Shown here in pieces: positions 25,401 through 35,924 of a DNA stretch of 64,000 nt (within the stretch, counting starts at the first letter, position 1; every line of letters starts with the position of its first letter). The DNA is taken from NCBI GenBank assembly GCA_030141605.1, contig JAQGDQ010000791.1, positions 31,371-95,370 of the forward strand, in the 5' to 3' direction. Source of the DNA: Tubiluchus corallicola (lineage: Eukaryota > Animalia > Priapulida). Under the pieces are notes generated by a model, which saw only the letters and a program-made list of their open reading frames with translations, was not told where the DNA came from and made no database searches. Position numbers and translations under genes: made by a program.

Positions 25401-28400
25401 AATCCTAAACAAAAGATATTTTTGCTTACTAATAGCCTAAATTGTCGCAGTTCAAGCTTTATCCATTCACAGTAAGCACATGACAACAAACTGTGTGAGT
25501 GACAGTACTTTCTCTACCTGGGCTCACGCATGTGCGCATGCGCACAACAACCAAACACCACGTTGGTGGAGCGCACTGTGCTGGGCTGTGAAGCAAACAG
25601 TACTACCCTCACGTGCTCTGGTTCCATACAAGTATAACGAAAGAACTAAAGAAAAAAGACTTATTATATTGAATGTTATCGATAATATCGAGTGAAAATC
25701 CGGGGTGCTGCAGTTCCACAGTACCTATACACGAGCCGCCACTACTGATTGTTAAAGAAATGTAATTTTGGGGATGAATAGATCGTTAGTTTGATGCAGG
25801 TAACTGGAAACTAAACCTTGTTAAACATTTTCATTGACTGTGTGTTTCAATGAAGGGCGAATGAATACAATGGCGCCGTTCAACAATGCACAAAGGGGCA
25901 ATGTTCATCTGTTTTTACGAATTTTGAAACGGATATTACAAAGCTTGACTAATAACAAAAGAGCATGTAATTTAACTCTGACAGTTTTGCAGTAGGTAAT
26001 GGAATTCGTCAAGGTGGAAAAATGTCTCCACTGTTATTCAACTTCTATTTTAAAAATCTTAGTGCTGCACTTACTAACTCTGGTGTGGGTGTCATATTGC
26101 TGAAGCCTGTATTAATCACTTGATGTACGCTGATGACGTATGTCTTTTAGCAACAATCTCGACAGCTTTGCAGAGACTACTAGATATTTTTAATAAATTT
26201 GCTAAAGAATATGATATCCTTGTAAATGTGAATAAGACTAAACTTGTCACGTTTCGCTCCGCCCACATGCAGCAGTTTACTTTTGGGTCTGTTATTTTGT
26301 AGTGTAAAAGTTTTGTACCTAGTAAAAAGGAAAAATACCTGGGTCATATTTTATCAGATGACAATAGAGATGATTTAGATATATTACGACAAAGTTCAAT
26401 TTACTATGGTAGAGCAAATAAATTACTCATGAAATTTACTCACTGCTCAATTAACGTGAAGAGACAATTGTTTAATGCTTACTGCACTACTTTTTATTGT
26501 ATGTCCACTTGGAGACATTTTTATTCTTACAATCTTAGCAAACTCAAGGTTGCATAGAATGTATCAACACGGAAGCTGTTTAACTTTTCATATGATACGA
26601 GCGCAAGGTATATTTCTACTAGACTTAATATTATTTATTTTGATGTGATTCACAGAAAATGTGCATACAGTTTATACGTCAGGCTGAGTAACAGTGAAAA
26701 TTTTATATGCAAGAACATTTTAAACAGTGATGTAAACTTTTCTTCTGTAATTAGACGTTATTGGCGTAGCTTGTTATATCGTTAATTGTTATTTGTGTTA
26801 TTGTTGTGTGTAATGATTTATTGTATTATTTGTATTAATTTGTGATGTGTATATGAATTTTGTAAAGTTTGGAAAAAAATATTAAATCTAAAAATTCTTC
26901 TCTCGTACCCAGTAATAAATAACTATTCTTACAGCAGTGGAAAACCACCTGGTACTAGATATAATAAATCCAGTTTAACTATAAAAATTAAATGATGATT
27001 TGGAAAACAAAATTAATAGTTAAAACAAATTGTAAAATGTTACTTTAATACATCATTGGTGAATTCGGACACGGTCCATATCAAGTCTGTAGTGAGCTCA
27101 ATTCCGAAATAAATAGTAGATTTGGTGGGGGGGGGGGATGGGGCATCTCTGATGTGAGTAAACGTGGATGGTTTAATCATAACTTGTCTGTTTCATGAAC
27201 AACAGCGAATCGTCTTAATCCAAACATCAAATAACCTCAACGTATTACTACTTGTATCAACATCATCATTGACAATAGACATCACTGTTTCACTGTTTGA
27301 TGTATGCTCGTTGTCTTGTTTTTTCAAAGTCACGTTTCTTTCTTACTTTTTAATATTTTTAAGGTATGATTTGATACCCAGTGTGGATGGCAAGTACGGT
27401 TCTAAACAAGCAAACGGTTCTTGGAGTGGGATGATGGGGATGATTTCTAGAAAGGTATTTTAATGTCTAATGTCTAATGTAATCTTGTAGTAAAACTTGT
27501 CAGCTTGTGTAGTTATAGTCTATTCTTACTGCAAATGTTCTTGTAAATAGTGTGTATGTAGACTGTTGTGGTGAGGATCCTAAATCATGTTGTTCAAACT
27601 GTCTGGTCCAATCCTAAATAAATTATGTTTAAACTAAAGGTACATTTAAAAGTCATAAGTCATTTATTTCACATTACACATTTACAATAGTTTCATGTAC
27701 AATATATAGTGAAAGGCCCTACAAATAAGTTTTTATTGTTTCTGCACAAGAAAAGCCTCATACACTGTTCACCTGTATACAAATGTAAATGTGTTGCGGG
27801 CAATCAAAAAGCAGGACTTGTCCCACACTGTGAAAGAAAAAAAGTAATGAAAATAATCTGCAAATTTGAAGCGAATCTGTTGTGTTTTGTTTCTCTCGGA
27901 GGGTTCGTACAGAAAACCAGAAAACACTTCATCAAATTAAACTAGTTTATTAAGCAAGAATTCTACAACACAAAAGTATGAAGGAACACGAAATGATTAC
28001 AGTAAACGTGAAAATCTGGAAAACGTTTAAGTGAATCTGAAAATACAAGTATACAAGAGAATGTGTAAGTGGCGTCCGTGTGAATCTGTGTGTCTGTCAG
28101 CGGCCTGCTTCACCTTATATAGGGTGCCAGGGAACATTCTAGACGTTTCTCTCTAGAACATTCTACAAGGTAAGACGATTATTCTAATGGAACATTCTAC
28201 AATGTTCTTTTTAATTCTAACAGATGCCAGCGATCTCCACAACAGACTCGTATGATAAGGAAAACATTAAGTGCTTCAGAATGGAATGATGTAATGAATG
28301 AAGCTCATATATGAGATTGACCTACAATGCAATTAGAATGAAATGTATGAAAGCACAAAGCACCGTCACAGGAGTTCAAATCATTTTTGAATCAGTTTTT

Positions 28401-30197
28401 GTTAATCACAACAATAAGACGTTAGCATGCTTATCAGCCAAGATGTTATTCTTTACTGAACTTTAAGACGTTGATGTCTGAGTCTGAGTGAGATCGGTGC
28501 ACATTTATAAGAACTAGCTAAAAATAACGAAATTAGAGGGTGCCTAGGAAAGAAGTTTGAAATTTAATATTTTACAAAGCTTTATCACGTGTGGATTCTG
28601 AAACGCCTTATCGGCTGTTGTAGCACTGGTGATGAACTTAGGCTTTAGTTCCTCTGTTCTATGGTGTTAAAAATTTGGCTCGTTCTGCAACTATGTGAAT
28701 TTTGATACTGTATCTGAACAGCGCATGAAGAGCAGGTTGCTGGTCAATGCAGTCATTGCCTTGAAAATAAGATAGTAATAGTGATATTTATGAATATTAC
28801 ATTCCATTTTGTAGGATCAATGTTGCCAGACACTTTCTAAAATTTACTGCTCCAAATCAATGGAATAAAATATCAATTTATGTCACAACATATCGAAAAT
28901 TATTTGGCTTTAAAAGATATATGAAATCTCTTCTGCTGAAATCTTACTTATAATGCATTTTTAGGTTTTGCCGATAGTCACAGTAAATCTATCCCGCGAC
29001 TGGTTATTTTGCATTTTACATTTTCATACTTTTGCATCGTGTCTCTGCTGAACTTCTTTCTAATTCATTTCTTTTCTCTTTTTCTCTATCTCTGTCTATT
29101 ATTTTATCTTAATTACTCCCTGTTTTTCCATAATTCTCTCTCTTGTAAATTAAGTCGTTTTTTTCACTTTTCATGCTGGTCTTACAAGCTTTGCTTCTTG
29201 ACTACCATGCAGCATCTATTTCTTGTTGACAAACTATTATGTAGTTTATTAACTACGTTGGTACACTTCTGTTAAATTTTTGTAATTATATTTTGAATTT
29301 TTTCCCTAACTATATCATCCTATAGTATACTAATGTAGTTCTGTTACAATTATTGTAACTATATTTCATTTTCTAGTTATAGGGCATAATAGTTAAAGAT
29401 AGTAATGCAAATTCTAATGTAAAAATAAATGCTGAAGTGATAATGAATTACAAATTACAAAATATAGTACACTATGTTCATCTCAAGCTAATCGTGCCCA
29501 GAAAACTTTATTTTAGATACAGAAATATTTACTTGAGGTGACAAAAGTCATCTTTGCTCACCCACCCAGTTACTACATAATTATCAAGATGTGACGATGT
29601 TTAAGTATTGATACTGCGGTTCTGTGTTAAGCTGTGAGCTGTGGTATTGCAATGCTTCTTAGAGTTCAGTGATTCTCAGCAGTAGGCAACCATTGTTTGC
29701 AACCATTATTGAATCTGTTTAAAACCATAGATCTGTTTATTGAATCCGTTTAAAACCATAGATCTGTTTATGCATTTGGTTTGAAACATTTTTCTGCCTG
29801 TTGTTATCGCTGATAGTCGAACCTTGGGATGTAGGAATCAATGCAACCGTGTTAACTGTGAATTCAAAATCAAGTTTCTGCAATTTCTTTTTTCAGGAAG
29901 TTGAATTTGGTGTTGGTACTTTCACGATGTTACATGAAAGGTTAGAAGTTGTAGATTTCACAGTTCCATACAGCGATTCACGTGGTACATTTATGATAAA
30001 GCGACCAGTACAAACGTTAAATCTTCGTGCTTTTATTGCTCCGTTCTCGTCACAGGTAACTTTTTACAAACTTGTTAAGTTCATTTTTTGTATGACTGAA
30101 AGGCTACTTTAGATATTTCAGGCAATGCAGGCATGTAGTTTGTTGCAAATTGTACTAGATTTCTTAAAAAAATGTCTTGATTATATAATGTCTAGCC

Positions 30198-30254
<57 letters not shown>

Positions 30255-33200
30255 TGTATGTGTGTGTTCGTACATGTGTGTGTGTGTTCGTCTGTGCGTG
30301 CGTGTGTGTGTGATAGTGTGTATATGTGTGACTGTGTGTGCATGTGTGTGTGCATGCGTGCGCGTGTGTGTGTGACAGAGTGTATGTGTGTGTGTGTGTG
30401 TGTGATGGTGTGTATATGTGTGACTGTGTGTGCATGTGTGTGTGTGTGTGCATGTGTGTGTGTATGTGTGTGTGTGTGCATGTGTGCATGTGTGTTGTGT
30501 GGGCGAGTGGTTTAGATTTGCGCTACAACCTCGCCTTCTTGAGTTCGAGTCTATTGGCTGCCAATGTCATATACCCTACATGTTGTTCATTATTTGTGTG
30601 TTGCATTGTTACCGGGTTGTTGTCGCTAAATAGCCATCAGTACTAATGCTGTCCTTTAAGTGAGCGACGGTAAATGAATCTTGTCTTTTGTCTTTTGCAT
30701 GTGTTTGTGCGTGTGTTCGCACATGGATGCGTATGTGTGTCTGTCTATGGGTGCATAAATGCGTGCGTATGTATAATCATGCAAAAATATCTCAGTGTAG
30801 ACTTAGTGAGCATTTGGCGATTTCACGATGATGTTATATTTTTCAGGTGTGGTATTCTTTTTTCGGCAGTTTGCTAATAATGAGCATTGTGGCTCGTAAC
30901 ATAGATGCCAAGAGATGGCGCTTGAAGAAAAGGTCTTCTCCATTGTCGCTTTTACAGTGGCTTGATATGCTGGTACGAGCTGCTTCCATGCAAAGTAAGT
31001 ATTCTATCACCAGTAAGTTATTGTTTATATAAAATCACTGTATCTTTTGTAACTCATTTGCTCAGTCAGGCCCATGCGTCTGCTTTACCCCAGCTCTTTT
31101 TATCACACACTCTCTCTCTTTTTCTCCCTCTATATTTGGCAATGTAGCTGATGATGACAATGATCGTGCAAATGGTCATACTGATGATGACAATGATGAT
31201 GATTATCTAGGCTAACATAAGATGAGATGAGATGAGATAAGATAACATAAAAAAACAAAAAAATGACATTTAACCAAATTTTTGGTGTGTTTTACTAAAC
31301 ATCCTAACGTGGTTTTAACTATGCCGACTTATGGGCAGTTTTAGTTTGCAAGCACACATATGTATTATGACATACATTTAACTGAACACGAAGCAAGTGG
31401 TAGATCCATTAATTCTTTTGCAGTACATGGAACTTTCATTACATTTGCAGGTTTTCCTAAACAGCCAACAAGTGCAACGTGTCGAGTTCTGATTGGTTCT
31501 TGGTGGTTGTTCGTAGTTACGTTAGCTGCAGTTTATACAGGAAATCTAGTTGCATTTTTAAGTCTACCAGCTCCTCTGAAACTTCCAGTAAGAACCGTTA
31601 AAGAACTGAGTGCACAGAGTATCATCAAGCCTATATTTGGATACAAGTCTAGCTGGGAAACATACTTTAAGGTACTTGTATGTTACTCCACTTTTATTAT
31701 GTATATAGGCTCTTCAGAACAACATTAAAATATTGCAATGTTTTATTTAATGGCCATTTTAGAAACTTTTTACATTTATCATCTGACAATTTCATCTCAC
31801 AATGTTTAGCTATGCATATCTGATAACCATGATTTGTTTTTTGCTGTTGTTGTATTTTTGTTTTTTGTATTTATGGACGTTTATGTATTTTTTAATAGTT
31901 GTGTTCTGCTGTCATTAGCGTCTTTTTGTTTACTGTCTTTCTGAGAAGGGTGGTTGACTCGGTAACCTTTGGTTTTTCGCCACCTTTTCTCCAATGTTTG
32001 TTTTTATTTTTGTATATTTTATTTTAAAATTATTGTAAATTTATGGAGAAAAATAAAAAATACTACTAATTACTAATTACTATCAAAATGTGTTACTAAA
32101 CTGCAAAAGCTAAGAGGCAATGGCAAGATTTTTTACTCATATGCACAGAAGAAATGGAACTGATTTGCTGGGCCAATTAACAAACTGGGTTATCGCTAGC
32201 ACGCTGCAAATACTTTCAATGCAGTTTATGAAATGTTGCAAGTGTTAGTCAACGCACCACAAGTAGTTGTGACTATAGGGACATAAATGTAGTCAAGTTA
32301 TTTTTGTCAAAACTTATTATCAGCCAAATATTTATGAAAATACCATTCAGTCATAATAATAAATGGCGCTTTAAATAATACTAAGACCATGATGGTAAAG
32401 TTTCAGCATTTATTACACACTGCACAGGTATATTCAGTCATACAGTAACTAAATTGAAAGACACGAGACTTTTCAGCAGAGCTCTCTAGTGTCTACTTCT
32501 GCAATTAAATCAAAATAATATTTCATCTACTAACAAACGTTGCTGCTTTCAGCAGCAATTTCAGTTTTGTGCTCTTACCTAAAATTTTGATATAATTGCA
32601 GAAATAGACACTGAAGAGCTCTGCTGAAAAGTCTTACGTCTTTCAATTTCGTTACTGTATGACTGCATATTCCTGTGCACTGTGTAATAAATGCTGAAAC
32701 TTTACCATCGTGATCTTAGTGTTATTTAAAACTCTATTGAAATTCTGTATTACAAGAATCTGTTTATAATAATAAATGTAACAAAATTATAAAAGTACTT
32801 AACGAAATTATAACATCCCAAAAATGCAGTGTGAATCGATGTTAAAAATGTCTAGGCATTGTTGATAACGGTACCTTACTAAAATTAACGTAAGTTAGTA
32901 AAAGCTAAGGCAGTGTTATTTGGAGGACCTTTCGTGCACCATAACAGTTGCACCGTGCACCATAACAGTTGCACCATGTACCATAACAGTTGCACCTTGC
33001 ACTGTAACAGTTGCACCGTGCACCATAACAGTTGCACCGTGCACCGTAACAGTTGCCCCGTGCACCGTAACAGTTGCACCGTGCACCATAACAGTTGCAC
33101 CGTGCACACTTGCATATTTAACAAAAGAGTGAAAATCAAACGTCTTTAATCCAGTCTCATTATGTTCAAACTAAAACTTCAGGAAGGGCAGACTCCCGTT

Positions 33201-34512
33201 CAAAAGGAAATATGGAGGAAATTTATGAAAAATCCTGACAGACATTATAAGTATGCTTCCGAGGCTTTCCGCAAAGTCACTAACAACAATTTTGCCTGGA
33301 TATCGGGACATCAGAGTTTGCGAGCGCAGATGGTTCAAGACTTTCACAGAACAGGAAAATGCTCTGTATATATTGCCCAGGATAACTTCTTTGTTCAACA
33401 GTTCGCCTTTCCTGTGCGAAAAAATAGCCCGTATTTGGAGCTTTTTAATAACGGGTATGTCGTAATTTAAATAAAACTAATGGGATTTTATATATTGCAG
33501 TGGTGGCTCGTGTATAGGTACCGTGGAACTGTAGTTCCCCCTATTTTCACTCAATATTATCGATATAATATTCAATGTAATAAGTCTTTTTTCTTTAGTT
33601 CTTTCTAGTACGGTCCAGAGAACGTAAGGGTAGTACTGTTTGTTTCACAGCCCAGCACAGTGTGCTCACAGTTCAAATAACGCAGTGTTTGGCTGCTGTG
33701 CGCATGCGGCCATGATAAGATGCTGTACCTAGGGAGAAAGAGTACTGTCGCTCACTGCAGTACGTGTTGTCAGTTGTCACGTGCTTAAAAGCCGCGCATC
33801 ACATATTCTTGAACTACGGCAATTTAGGCTATTCGTAAGCAAACAATATTTTTTGTTTCGGGTTTTATCAAGTTTATGTATAAATTTTCGTATGTTTGTT
33901 CATCTAAAGTTACAACATTAGAATTACACAAAGTTTGCTTCGTTTACACAGTACTAAAACAATAGCTAAATATTTTCTGAAGCAGAACCACCAGCAATTT
34001 TAGCTACGAGCTGTCACTGATCTGTTGGTATTTTATTTACTAAAAAAAGTGAACATATAATTAAATAATGAACATTTTAAAATGAACCTGTATAATTAAC
34101 AACTTTAGCTTTTGATGATATGATAAATTAGGAATCTCAAGGAAATTATATCAACTTCGTACAATGCAGAATCTTTATGTTTCAACTGTAAGAGATCTAC
34201 CTACAGTTTACAGTGTTTACATCTATCGATAATCTACAAATTTGCTTATTTTTCCTCTGTTATTTCAGAATTCATAGAATGATTGTATCTGGTTTCATGA
34301 ATAAATGGATATTAGAAGCAGAACCGAGAATAAAATGTGACAAAGAACCCAGCAGCGTTTACAGACCATTTAGAATGGCAGACATTGCGGGAGTCTTTGT
34401 TCTTTATGCTTCTGGTGTCGTAATTTCATTTATTGCATTTTGCATTGAATGCGTATATTCGTTTGTATGTGATCAATGTAAGCCTTCATATAATCACTTA
34501 AAATTCAACTGA
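12786..34512 (+). CDS. Divergent ionotropic receptor (iGluR/IR family), paralog A; 13 exons, about 642 aa
   Basis: Exons 12786-12858, 13717-13824, 15138-15319, 16057-16194, 16400-16498, 16688-16780, 18302-18402, 27364-27454, 29897-30055, 30847-30994, 31451-31671, 33183-33454, 34269-34512. All introns are GT-AG with matching phases; total 1929 nt. Features: signal peptide MMYSITCLTLCVVALTNG, S1 motifs DGKYG..NGSWSGMMG and ERLEVVDFTVPY, M3 AVYTGNLVAFLS (SYTANLAAF variant), S2 KNSPYLELFN, and M4 IAGVFVLYASGVVIS. Confidence 0.9.
15463..15881 (+). mobile_element. Short bipartite RTE-derived retroelement in IR-A intron 3
   Basis: A 19-bp TSD AAAGTATTAGACATCTTAA lies at 15444-15462 and 15882-15900, with a (GAA)n tail. 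The 3' part carries RTE-like IRNNNIRGTVKV..WYGHLKRR remnants, and the 5' part has the RTE 5'UTR-like motif GGTCCCAAGCCC..GGAGGGTT..CAGGAAGGGCATCC. The site is empty in paralog B (about 42255-42280). Confidence 0.85.
19544..20269. mobile_element. Tc1/mariner (pogo/Tigger-like) MITE containing a 15-bp tandem array at about 19555-19850
   Basis: Boundaries TA|CAGTCAA...TTAACTG|TA with a TA TSD; the unit ATAAGRTACTYGCTT occurs about 19 times. Confidence 0.75.
20431..21150 (+). mobile_element. hAT-like MITE (family of 25233-25744) plus extra sequence, inserted at the GPCR stop codon
   Basis: Starts TAGTGGCGG; 20431-20930 is homologous to 25233-25744. The 8-bp direct repeat TTCATCCT lies at 20423-20430 and 21151-21158. 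Confidence 0.7.
21152..22189 (-). pseudogene. Rhodopsin-like (class A) GPCR with intronless CDS and one in-frame TAG (21476-21478); nested antisense in IR-A intron 7
   Basis: The two listed ORFs share a frame (..LVAVR*QKSISALKSVN..), 346 codons in total. Motifs: TM1 GN, LHELPFYFIANLGVAD, ERYIAIVYPLDY, TM6 FWCPF and TM7 NSFVNVFVY. Confidence 0.88.
22690..23780 (-). mobile_element. Degenerate LINE RT and 3' fragment
   Basis: FFDASKAFDRVNY, FADD, EKYLGHIISRDNRDD and RANSILRKF are spread across broken ORFs. Confidence 0.85.
23806..24525. repeat. Purine-rich (GA) minisatellite
   Basis: The unit GAGAGACAGAGAGACGGGGGGAGGAAGAAAGAGAAACTGAAA repeats with variable GA spacers. Confidence 0.92.
25233..25744 (+). 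mobile_element. hAT-type MITE with perfect 8-bp TSD
   Basis: TIRs CAGTGGCGG and CCGCCACTA; TSD CTGATTGT at 25225-25232 and 25745-25752. Homologues lie at 20431-20930 and 33498-34019. Confidence 0.9.
25990..26790 (+). mobile_element. Degenerate LINE RT and 3' fragment, related to 22690-23780
   Basis: GIRQGGKMSPLLF, YADD, KEKYLGHILSDDNRDD and YGRANK motifs, with frameshifts. Confidence 0.85.
27878..28244 (-). mobile_element. Solo-LTR-like element, copy 2, in IR-A intron 8
   Basis: Termini TGTTGTG and CACAACA; flanks GAATC and GACTC (4/5 TSD). TATATAA and AATAAA occur on the minus strand, with repeated GAACATTC. Confidence 0.78.
30199..30495. repeat. (GT)n microsatellite block; the equivalent tract in paralog B is at 47274-47363
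   Basis: Visible directly in the sequence. Confidence 0.95.
30496..30680 (+). mobile_element. Possible tRNA-derived SINE head
   Basis: A-box-like TGGGCGAGTGG and B-box-like GAGTTCGAGTC at pol III spacing; not seen in paralog B; no TSD found. Confidence 0.35.
32370..32730. repeat. Long inverted repeat (arms of about 147 bp) with a hammerhead-ribozyme-like core; possibly an inverted Penelope-like pseudo-LTR pair
   Basis: 32370-32516 is the imperfect reverse complement of 32584-32730. The right arm has AGACA-CTGAAGA-GCTCTGCT-GAAA-AGTCTTA-CGTCT (32606-32641) followed by AATAAA. Confidence 0.7.
32934..33106. repeat. 21-bp minisatellite, about 8 copies
   Basis: Unit GTGCACCATAACAGTTGCACC. Confidence 0.95.
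33498..34019 (-). mobile_element. hAT-type MITE, inverted copy, in IR-A intron 12
   Basis: Reverse complement of the 25233-25744 family, with ends CAGTGG and TCACTG and flanks ATATATTG and ATCTGTTG (6/8). Absent from the equivalent intron of paralog B. Confidence 0.85.
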
Positions 34513-34610
34513 TTTTCATAAGATTTGAATTATAGTTTAATAAACAATGTGGAAAATGAAAACACCAATGGTTTGCGACCTATACGTATTTGTGAATATT
34601 GTTGTGTTAT

Positions 34611-34973
34611 TGTTGTGTTTTGTTTCTCTCGGAAGGCTCGTAGAGAAAACCAGAAAACACGCCGTCAAATAAAACTACTTTATTTTAGCGATAATTCTAT
34701 TACACAAAAAGATGAAGGAACAAGAAATGATTATACTAAACGTGAAAATCTGGAAAACGTTTAAGTAAGTATAAATGCGTAAGTATAAGTCCGTGTTAGA
34801 TCTGCGTGCTCTGTGTGATCCCGTGTCAGCAGCCTGCTTCGCCTTATATAGCACTCTGGAGAAACTTCTCAAACAAATGTTCGAGAACAATCCAGACGGT
34901 AAGGCGGTCATTCCGACGGAACATTCTACGATGTTCTATGCAATTCTAGTTGATGTCAGCGATCTCCACGACA
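34611..34973 (-). mobile_element. Solo-LTR-like element, copy 3, just 3' of the IR-A stop codon
   Basis: Termini TGTTGTG and CACGACA; colinear with 27878-28244; absent at the equivalent position after paralog B (about 49990). Confidence 0.78.
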
Positions 34974-35039
34974 CTTATAGTCTAAATTTGTCCAAAAGCT
35001 TGCTTTTCACAGGTCTTTGATTCGCAGCTTACCATCAGG

Positions 35040-35300
35040 CAAAAACTAAAAGCTTCAACAACCAACGTAAGAAAAACATTAAAACTCCCAATCATTGATG
35101 CACACAAAGAATATTTTACTCTGCTCGTTACATTTAAATACATTAACAACATCAGCAAACCATTCCAAAATAACAGATTTAGCTTTTTCCAAATCCTATG
35201 TTCAATTCCAGAACAAGTAATCTGAAACAAAATAGGACAAATACCCACTAGTTCCGTATCAGTCAACATTCAGAACAAAATTAAAATCATTAATATTAAT
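35040..35300 (+). mobile_element. LINE 3' fragment, same family as 48704-49003
   Basis: The plus strand reads LKLPIIDAHKEYFTLLVTFKYINNISKPFQNN, matching MKIPILEAHRDYQTLLFLYKYINNINSPFKNN of the 48704-49003 ORF. Confidence 0.6.
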
Positions 35301-35924
35301 CAAATATTAAATACCATCACACCAGTACGACAACATGCACACTGATTCATAATTTATATATTCACGGCAATATTAACTAAATCATAATTTTTAATACCCG
35401 AGAATAGTTGTAAATATGTTTTATTTTTATTTGCTGTTACTTTTCGTTACTGCTTAGTAGTTTAGTTTGATAATCTCTGTAAAGTTTTTATTCAGTGATT
35501 ATCAATGTATTTTAATGGCAAATAAAAATTATTATGTATATGCACACACACACACGCATGCACGCAGGCACACACACACGAACGCACGCACACACACACA
35601 TACATAAAAAAATTATATACGTTTATGTATATATGTGACCAAATATATGACCATATATTATACATGACCAAACAGGTAAAGAGACTCTATATATGTATAC
35701 ATATTTATATGGTTCACTGCTTAATCATTCTAATGAGTTGACCAAATGTTTCCATCGTATGATCCAGTACACGGAGTTAGAATAAACTACAATATTTTCA
35801 TTATACTTTGCTGTGCTTTGAAAACAATTCACCACTCTTTCTATGAACCTTTTTCATGAAATGAAAAGGTTCAAGGATAAAGTTCTTAGAAATGGCAATT
35901 CTGGAAGAATCTTTTTTTGGGCGG

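Noticed and set aside
20431-25744. GPCR mobilised as cargo between two MITE copies
   Set aside because: Each MITE insertion has its own TSD, which indicates independent insertions after the GPCR was already in place.
34981-35030. Additional 14th IR exon at a CAG|GT site shared with paralog B (about 50031)
   Set aside because: Splicing to it gives an almost immediate stop in A and an unrelated peptide in B, while exon 13 already ends at the same in-frame TGA in both.
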